DNA of 39,004 nucleotides from Phycisphaerales bacterium. GTDB taxonomy: Bacteria; Planctomycetota; Phycisphaerae; SM23-33. The notes under the pieces were generated by a model, which was not told where the DNA came from, ran no database searches, and worked only from the letters and a program-made list of their open reading frames with translations. Shown here piece by piece: positions 16,896-23,800 of the stretch; positions within the stretch are counted from its first letter, which is position 1, and each line of letters starts with the position of its first letter. The DNA lies in assembly GCA_003171235.1 (NCBI GenBank), contig PMYM01000101.1, positions 1-39,004 of the forward strand, in the 5' to 3' direction. The position numbers and the translations under genes are program-made.

Positions 16896-19192
16896 GCGCC
16901 GTGGCATTTGTGCGAACATGGCGATTGCCCGTTGTAGTGGCGGTTCTTCTGGCCGTTGTGGCGGGTGCCCGCGCCCAGGCGATCCCGCCGCGGATAGGCT
17001 ATGTCTATCCCGCCGGAGGCAGGCAGGGCGATACGTTTGAGGTCATGGTGGGGGGGCAGTCTCTGGACGCCGCAGGCGAGGCGTATGTTGACGGCGGCGG
17101 AATTCAAGCCACGATGCTGGAGTACATCAAGCCTTTGACGCCGGCCCAGGCCGGCCAGTTGCGGGAGCGGATTCAGGAGTTGCAGCAGAAGCCCCGGGAC
17201 GCCGCCGTGACCGATGAGATCGCCCAGATTCGGGCCAAGCTGTTTGCCTTTGCTAACCGCCCCGGCCCGGCCATTGCCGAAACCGTCAAGCTACGGATCG
17301 CCATAGCGGCCAACGCCTCGCTCAATCAGCATGAGTTGCGGCTGAAGACGCCGGCGGGGCTGTCCAATCCGCTGGTGTTCTGCGTGGGGCAACTGCCCGA
17401 GTTGTCCGCCAAGACCGCCGGGATCATCGATCCCAGCGACTTCAAGGGCCCGCGTTTGCTGGGCCAGCCAAGCACCACCCCGCAGCGCGAGATGGCCGTT
17501 ACGTTGCCGGCCGTTGTCAACGGCCAGATCATGCCCGGCGGCGTGGATCGCTACCGCTTCCAGGCGCGCAAGGGACAGCGGCTGGTCGCGGCCGTCAATG
17601 CCAGGGAGTTGATCCCGTACCTGGCCGACGCCGTTCCCGGCTGGTTTCAGGCCGCCCTGACGCTGTACGACGCCGACGGCAACGCGTTGGCCTACGCCGA
17701 CCATTTCCAGTTCCACCCCGACCCGGTGCTGTATTCTGAAATTCCCAAAGATGGCCAGTACGTGCTGGCCATCCAGGACTCGCTCTATCGGGGCCGCCAG
17801 GACTTCGTATACCGCATCACTCTGGGCGAGTTGCCGTACCTGGCCGGCATCTTCCCCCTGGGCGGGCAGGCCGGCCAACCCGCGACGGTCGAGCTGTCAG
17901 GCTGGAATCTCTTGCAAACGAAGCTCGAGCTGGACGCCAAAGACAACATCCTTGGCCTCCGGCTGCTGGGTACGCGAAACGGGGAATGGCTGTCCAACCT
18001 CACGCCTTTTGAGTCAGGCGACCTGCCGGAATGTGTGGCCAAGAAGACCGCCCACTCGGCGGAGACCGCCCAGGCGGTAACGCTTCCAGTGGTGGTAAAT
18101 GGGCGCATCGAACAGCCGGGGCAGTGGGACGTTTTCCGTTTCGATGGCCGCGCCGGACAGGAGATCGTCGCCCAGGTCGATGCACGACGGCTAGGCTCCG
18201 CCTTGGACTCGGTGTTGCGGCTGACCGACGCCAACGGGCGGGAACTGGCGTTCAACGACGATCACGAGGACAAGGAACTGGGGTTGGTTACGCACCAGGC
18301 GGATTCGTACATCCGCTGCCGGCTGCCTGCCGACGGGACATATTACCTCCACCTTGGCGATGCTCAGCGGCAGGGCGGCAGCCAATGCGCCTACCGGCTG
18401 CGCATCAGCACTCCCCGGCCGGATTTCGCCCTGCGGCTGGCGCCGTCCAGCCTTAATGTCCGTCCCGGCGCCAGCGTCGTCTGCACCGCGTATGTCCTGC
18501 GAAAGGACGGCTTCGCCGGGGCAATAGACTTATCCCTCAAAGACGCGCCAACCGGCTTCACGCTGGCCGGCGGACGGGTGCCGGAGAATCAGGACACGGT
18601 GCCTATCACGCTAACGGCCCCGACCTCGCCCACCCAGGAGCCGGTCAGCCTGACCATTCAGGGTCGGGCAAAGATCCAGGGAGTGGACGTCGTTCGCACG
18701 GCCGTGCCGGCCGAGGATATGATGCAGGCCTTTGCTTATCGACACCTGGTTGCGGCCAAGGGGCTGTACGTCGATGTGGCCGGTCGATACATGCCGCGGG
18801 CTACCGGAGGAATCATAAGTTCGCTGCCGGTTAAGCTCCCGGCCGGGGGCGCTGCACGAGTACAGACGGCAGTCTCCACCAGCACGCTGGCCGGCACAAT
18901 CGGGTTTGAGCTGGATCAGCCGCCGGAGGGAATCGCCATCCAGAGCGTGTCGTCGATTGCCCGGGGCACGGAGATCATGCTCAAAGCCGACGCGGCCAAG
19001 GTAAAGCCCGGCCTAAAGGGCAACCTGATTGTCAGCATGTTCCTGACGCCGCGACCCACCACGTCAGCGACCTCGCGGCCGCAGACGAACTCGCGGCGAA
19101 TGCTGGTGGGCGTGCTGCCGGCCATTCCGTTCGAGATCGCCAGCGAGGGGCAGGCGTCGAGCCGCCCCGCCGACGGCCCCGGTGCCAAGTGA
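16892..19192 (+). CDS. Secreted multi-domain protein with pre-peptidase C-terminal (PPC)-like modules
   Basis: GTG start at 16892 overlaps the upstream TGA (atGTGA), and AAGGAG lies 6 nt upstream. Signal peptide ...VVAVLLAVVAGARAQA. Two PPC-like modules (DRYRFQARKGQRLVAAV...LTLYDADGNALAYAD and DVFRFDGRAGQEIVAQV...LRLTDANGRELAFNDD...GTYYLHL). Confidence 0.7.
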   Translation: MSAVAFVRTWRLPVVVAVLLAVVAGARAQAIPPRIGYVYPAGGRQGDTFEVMVGGQSLDAAGEAYVDGGGIQATMLEYIKPLTPAQAGQLRERIQELQQKPRDAAVTDEIAQIRAKLFAFANRPGPAIAETVKLRIAIAANASLNQHELRLKTPAGLSNPLVFCVGQLPELSAKTAGIIDPSDFKGPRLLGQPSTTPQREMAVTLPAVVNGQIMPGGVDRYRFQARKGQRLVAAVNARELIPYLADAVPGWFQAALTLYDADGNALAYADHFQFHPDPVLYSEIPKDGQYVLAIQDSLYRGRQDFVYRITLGELPYLAGIFPLGGQAGQPATVELSGWNLLQTKLELDAKDNILGLRLLGTRNGEWLSNLTPFESGDLPECVAKKTAHSAETAQAVTLPVVVNGRIEQPGQWDVFRFDGRAGQEIVAQVDARRLGSALDSVLRLTDANGRELAFNDDHEDKELGLVTHQADSYIRCRLPADGTYYLHLGDAQRQGGSQCAYRLRISTPRPDFALRLAPSSLNVRPGASVVCTAYVLRKDGFAGAIDLSLKDAPTGFTLAGGRVPENQDTVPITLTAPTSPTQEPVSLTIQGRAKIQGVDVVRTAVPAEDMMQAFAYRHLVAAKGLYVDVAGRYMPRATGGIISSLPVKLPAGGAARVQTAVSTSTLAGTIGFELDQPPEGIAIQSVSSIARGTEIMLKADAAKVKPGLKGNLIVSMFLTPRPTTSATSRPQTNSRRMLVGVLPAIPFEIASEGQASSRPADGPGAK

Positions 19193-19288
19193 CCTGACAC
19201 GTAACTCGCGCAAACGCGAAACTCAGAAAAACGGATTACGCGGATCATGAAGATTGCAGCGAAATAGATAAGGCAGGCAAGAGAACTA

Positions 19289-20401
19289 ATGCAGTTGGAA
19301 TCTCGGAGTATTACCGGGTCGAAGGCAGTGGAACTCTACTTGACCGCCATCCCCGGCCCAGCCGTGGGGGCAGACGGCGAGGCTGAGCAGGTTTTTGGCG
19401 CGATCGTCGGCGAAGCCGCCCGATGCGGGGGCAGGGTGTGCCAACTGAGGGCCTTCGTGCCGGAGGGTCGGCTGGAAGCCTATCAACGGGCATGGCAAGC
19501 GGCTTTTGGGCAGGGGCAGGCCGAATGCCCCTGCAACTGGCTTCAGGCCGGTCCGTCTGTTCCCGGAGGCGTGCAGGCGCACGTGATTGCCGCGCCCGTC
19601 GAGTGGAAGCCCCTGCGCGATCGCCGGGGCGCCCAGGCGGGCTGGTTGTGCAGTAATGGCAAGACTAGTTGGGCCATCGTTGGCGGGCTATGCCTGCCAC
19701 GATCAGCGGATGACGCGGCTTCCACCCAGGAGGCGTTCGAGGCGGCCGAAGCCCTGCTGGCCCAGGCCGGTATGGGCCTGGGAGATGTGGCGCGAACATG
19801 GTTTTTCCTGGACGATATCCTTGGCTGGTATGACCGGTTCAACGTTGGCCGGAGTCAAGTCTTCCGCCGTCGCGGTTTGCTGGGGCCTGCCCAGGGCGGC
19901 GGCGTGAACGTTCCGGCCAGCACCGGCATCGGCGTTTCCCCGGCCGGTGGCGCCCGGCTGGCGATGGACTTGCTGGCTGTCCGCGGCGAGAAAGGGTGCG
20001 TTCTTCGCCATCCCGCGGCCGGCAAGCAGCGATGCGCGTATGAATACGGGTCCGCCTTCGCCCGCTCGGCCGAGGCTGCCACCCTCGGCGGGCGGACAGT
20101 GTATGTCTCCGGCACGGCCGCCATCGATGTCCAGGGCAAGTCGTGTTTTGCAGGCGACGCCGGCAGCCAGATCAGAATGACCCTGGAGAACGTGCTGGCG
20201 GTTCTGTCGGACATGCGCTGCGGCGCGGAAAACGTGGTGCAGGCCATGGCCTACTGCAAAACGCCGGCCGTCGCCGCCCGGTTCATAGAGAGCTTCCAGC
20301 GTACGCTTTCCTGGCCGTGGGTTGTGGTCGTCGGCGACGTCTGCCGAGCCGATCTTGTTTTCGAGGCGGAGGTGACGGCCTGCCAGCCGGCTAACGGCTA
20401 G
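19289..20401 (+). CDS. Chorismatase-like protein (FkbO/Hyg5/XanB2 family, tandem RidA/YjgF-like folds)
   Basis: VARTWFFLDDILGWYDRFNVGRSQVF...NVPASTGIG...CAYEYGSAFARSAEA...VYVSGTAAIDVQGKSCFAGDAGSQIRMTLENVLAVL follows the remembered family pattern R.WNY..DI....RY..FN.GR..(A)F...PA...G...Y.Y...F.R....(F/Y)(I/V)SGTA(S/A)I.G......D...Q...TL.N. Confidence 0.6.
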   Translation: MQLESRSITGSKAVELYLTAIPGPAVGADGEAEQVFGAIVGEAARCGGRVCQLRAFVPEGRLEAYQRAWQAAFGQGQAECPCNWLQAGPSVPGGVQAHVIAAPVEWKPLRDRRGAQAGWLCSNGKTSWAIVGGLCLPRSADDAASTQEAFEAAEALLAQAGMGLGDVARTWFFLDDILGWYDRFNVGRSQVFRRRGLLGPAQGGGVNVPASTGIGVSPAGGARLAMDLLAVRGEKGCVLRHPAAGKQRCAYEYGSAFARSAEAATLGGRTVYVSGTAAIDVQGKSCFAGDAGSQIRMTLENVLAVLSDMRCGAENVVQAMAYCKTPAVAARFIESFQRTLSWPWVVVVGDVCRADLVFEAEVTACQPANG

Positions 20402-20843
20402 GCCCGGCACGAACGGGTCCGAATACGGCATCGCAAGCCTCGGCGGCATATTCCCGGGAGTAGGGTCCAGACCCACGTGGTCGTGCGATGCTTACCAGGC
20501 TGGAATTCATGCTGTCAGCGATCATCCGGCCCGGCATGGCTGGCCGGACCGAAGGCCGTGACAGAAAGTTCAGTGCCGCCGGGGGGTATAGCAAACAAGG
20601 GCATTTGGGGATCGCTGGATTATGCCAGGCTCTTTAGTTATGAAGTTTTTCCAGTTGACTGCGTTAAGCTTACAGTGCTCGTGCAGCCTGATGCAGTGAT
20701 GGCGCGTAACGCCAGACCTTCGGTGTTTTAGTATGACGCTGTTGGCGGCTTTGTAGAAGCCAGTGGCAGCGACGCGTAAACGATGCAGCCACCAGGTGTG
20801 AAACGCTGGTTGTCCTCTGTTGTCGCACCTGTTGGCCTTTGGC

Positions 20844-23800
20844 ATGATGGATCGCAAGCTTGGTGAAAAGAGTATGAGCAGTTCCGGACAGGAGTGGGCC
20901 AGGGAAGGTACACGGCCGGTGCTGGCGTCCCATCTGGCAGCCTTTGCGGCTTTAGTGCATCGATATCGAGGGGAGGATGACCTGCGCCTGTGGGTTACCC
21001 ACCAGGCCGATCCCAGCCCGGATGGGCTATCCAGGCCTGCCCAACCATCGCTGCAGAGAATATCACTAGGCGACGATCCCACTGTTGAGGACCTGCTGAG
21101 CCGCGCGGGCTGCGTTCTGGCCGCGATTGGCGGCCCGGCCATTCATCTCGAACTGATGGGTCGTATCCATGTGACCTGGGAAGATGGGGATGGCCAGGTT
21201 GAACCGTCCGGGGCCACGCGGGGTTTCACCCTGTTGCTGGAACTGTCGCCCGCCGGCCAACTGTCAGCGAAGTTGTTCCATCATGATCGTCTTTGCCCGG
21301 GCACGACGCCGCTCCTGATGGACGGCCATTTTCGCACGCTTCTGGAAAGCTTGGCCGGCGACCGAACGGCCCAAGTCAGCCGGCTGCCCATGATTACTCC
21401 AGATGAGCGCCACACAATCCTGGAGCGCTGGAGCGGCCCCGCACATGATCCCGAGTTGTGCCGTGACGAACTGCTGCACGAGCTGTTCGAGGCACAGGTT
21501 GATGCCCGGCCGGGGCAAATTGCCCTGGAGTGTGCCGGCGAGCAAATGACTTATGCCCAGTTGGACGTGCGGTCCAATCAACTGGCCTGTCGCTTGCGTT
21601 CAGGTGGCATGCGGGCCGGGGACTTTGTGGGCATCCATCTGCCCCGTTCAGCGGACGTCGTTATCGCCATACTGGGGGTGCTCAAGGCCGGGGGGGCGTA
21701 CGTGCCGCTGGATAGCGACTATCCCGCCGACCGCGTGCAGTACATCTTGAACGACTGCAAGGTCCAATCGCTGATCACGGTGTCCAGCCTGGCGGCCCGG
21801 CTGGAGCCCGGGACGTGGTCCGTTGTGCTGATGGATAAGCAGCCGGACAAATCACCCAGCCAGCCGTCGCAACGTGTTGCTTGCCGCGCCGTTGGCGTCA
21901 TCCCTGACAACGCATGTTATGTCATTTATACCTCCGGGTCCACCGGCCGACCGAAGGGCGTGCTGATCACTCATCGCAACGCCTGCAACCTTGTTCGCGG
22001 CGAGGGGCGGATATTCGGCGTTGTGCCGGATGACCGGGTGTTCCAAGGCTTCTCTGTCGCCTTCGACGCATCGGTAGAGGAAATCTGGCTGGCGCTTTTT
22101 GCCGGGGCGACGCTGGTGGTAGGCACTGCCGATATGGTGCACGCCGGCCCAGCCTTGGCGGGTTTGCTGGCTCGAGCCAAGGTCACTGTGTTTTCCACAG
22201 TGCCCACGCTGCTCTCAACATTTGAGGAGGACATCCCTAGCCTGCGTCTGCTGATCCTGGGCGGCGAGGCCTGCACGCAGGACCTGGTCCGGCGCTGGTG
22301 CCGGCCGGGGCTGCGCGTGGTGAATACGTACGGGCCCACCGAAGCCACGGTAATTGCCACTTACGCGGATTGCGAACCGGACAAGCCGGTCACCATCGGA
22401 CGGGCTGCGCCTAACTATCGCACATATATCCTCGACCGCCATCTGCAGCCTGTGCCGGTGGGGGTATGCGGCGAGCTGCACATCGGCGGCGTGGGCGTTG
22501 CGGCCGGATACCTGGGCCGCCCGGAGCTCACGGCGGATAGATTCGTTCCCAATCCCTTCATGAACGGCCAGGGCGGCCGGCTGTACAAGACCGGCGACTT
22601 GGTGCGGTATTGCCTGGACGGGCAGATCGAGTTTGTCGGCCGGCTGGATACGCAGATCAAGCTGCGCGGTTTTCGCATCGAACTGTCGGAGATTGAGAGC
22701 GTGCTGCTGCGGTGTCCGGCTGTCCAGGCTGCCGTGACGGTCGTGCGCGAAGATTCTCCAGGTCTGCAGCAATTGGTCGGCTACGTCGTGCCCCGGCAGG
22801 GCCAGGACGTGGATGAGGATGCCATTAAGGTGATCCTCCGCGCCCAGTTGCCGGTGTTCATGGTGCCGGGGCGCCTTGAAATCGTGGACAAGTTGCCCAC
22901 GCTGCCTAGCGGCAAGGTGGACCGCAAGCGTCTGCCGGCGCCGCGCCCTCGGCAAGTCCAGCCAGCCGAGAACGGCGGGGCTTTCGTTGGCGACTTGGAG
23001 CCGCAACTGGGGGCGACTTGGCGGGAGCTGTTTGCGCCGACGGCGGTGGGGCCGCTGGACGATTTCTTCAAGGATCTGGGAGGACACTCCCTGCTGGCGG
23101 CACGCATGGTTTCCCGGATGCGGCAACGCCCCGAGTTCTGCGACCTGTCCGTCCTGGACGTTTACAACTTCCCGACCGTGCGAACTCTGGCAGCCGAACT
23201 GCGGAGCCGGCATGAAGCCGTCTCCCGAATTCCTGGCGCCGGCGCCAGTCCCCTCCCCGTGCGCCCGACCTCCCGAGCGGGCTATGGGCTGTGCGTCCTG
23301 GCCCAGACGGTGAGCTTGTGGGTTATCGCAGGCCTGTTCTCCATGCAATGGCTGACGCCATACTTGGCGTATTGTTGGCTCATCGAGCGCGGCATGGGGG
23401 TCATCGATGCCATCGCCGTCTCCCTGGCAGTGCTGCTGGCGTTTTATCCACTGCTGATGGCCGCGTCTATTGCAGTCAAGTGGGCGGTAATCGGCCGCTA
23501 TAAGGCCGGGGACTACCCCTTGTGGGGCTGGTACTACCTGCGTTGGTGGTTTGTCAATCAGGTTCTGTCGGTAGTCCCGATCGACTACCTGGCGGGCACG
23601 CCCCTGTTATCGTTGTATTACCGGCTCATGGGCGCTCGCATTGGGCACAACGTGTACTTCGGCGCAGATAACATCAGCGCTTTCGACCTGGTAAGCGTGG
23701 GCGACGACTCAAGTCTAGGCATCGAAACTATGCTGATGGGTTACTCACTAGAGGGGGGGCGCCTGCGGTTGGGACCGGTGACGGTGGGCCGCGGCTGCTT

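Noticed and set aside
20402-20843. A lysine riboswitch or other leader RNA in the 440-bp AT-richer region upstream of the NRPS.
   Set aside because: I could not recognise L-box conserved segments or any convincing multi-stem structure by eye, so nothing is claimed. A covariance-model scan would be needed.
19289-22934. Idea that the chorismatase product (a hydroxybenzoate) is the substrate loaded by the NRPS A domain.
   Set aside because: The A domain keeps Asp235 (FDAS) and Lys517, and its pocket is Lys-like (DAESIGTVIK). Aryl-acid-activating domains lack Asp235. Any link between the two genes must therefore be indirect. The adjacency is kept as a separate low-certainty finding.
22215-23348. 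Long ORFs antisense to, or out of frame with, the genes called above. Examples: 78-1382(+), 1621-2526(+), 1928-2968(-), 4295-5329(-), 9221-10210(+), 12900-13646(+), 14156-14968(-), 22215-23348(-), 24245-25177(-), 25689-26825(-), 30606-32039(-), 32331-33452(+), 34310-35257(-), 35310-36104(-), 36530-37387(+).
   Set aside because: These are typical shadow ORFs of a high-GC genome. Their translations are Arg/Gly/Ala/Pro-rich with no recognisable motifs, signal peptides or RBSs. Each fully overlaps a strand/frame that carries clear family signatures.
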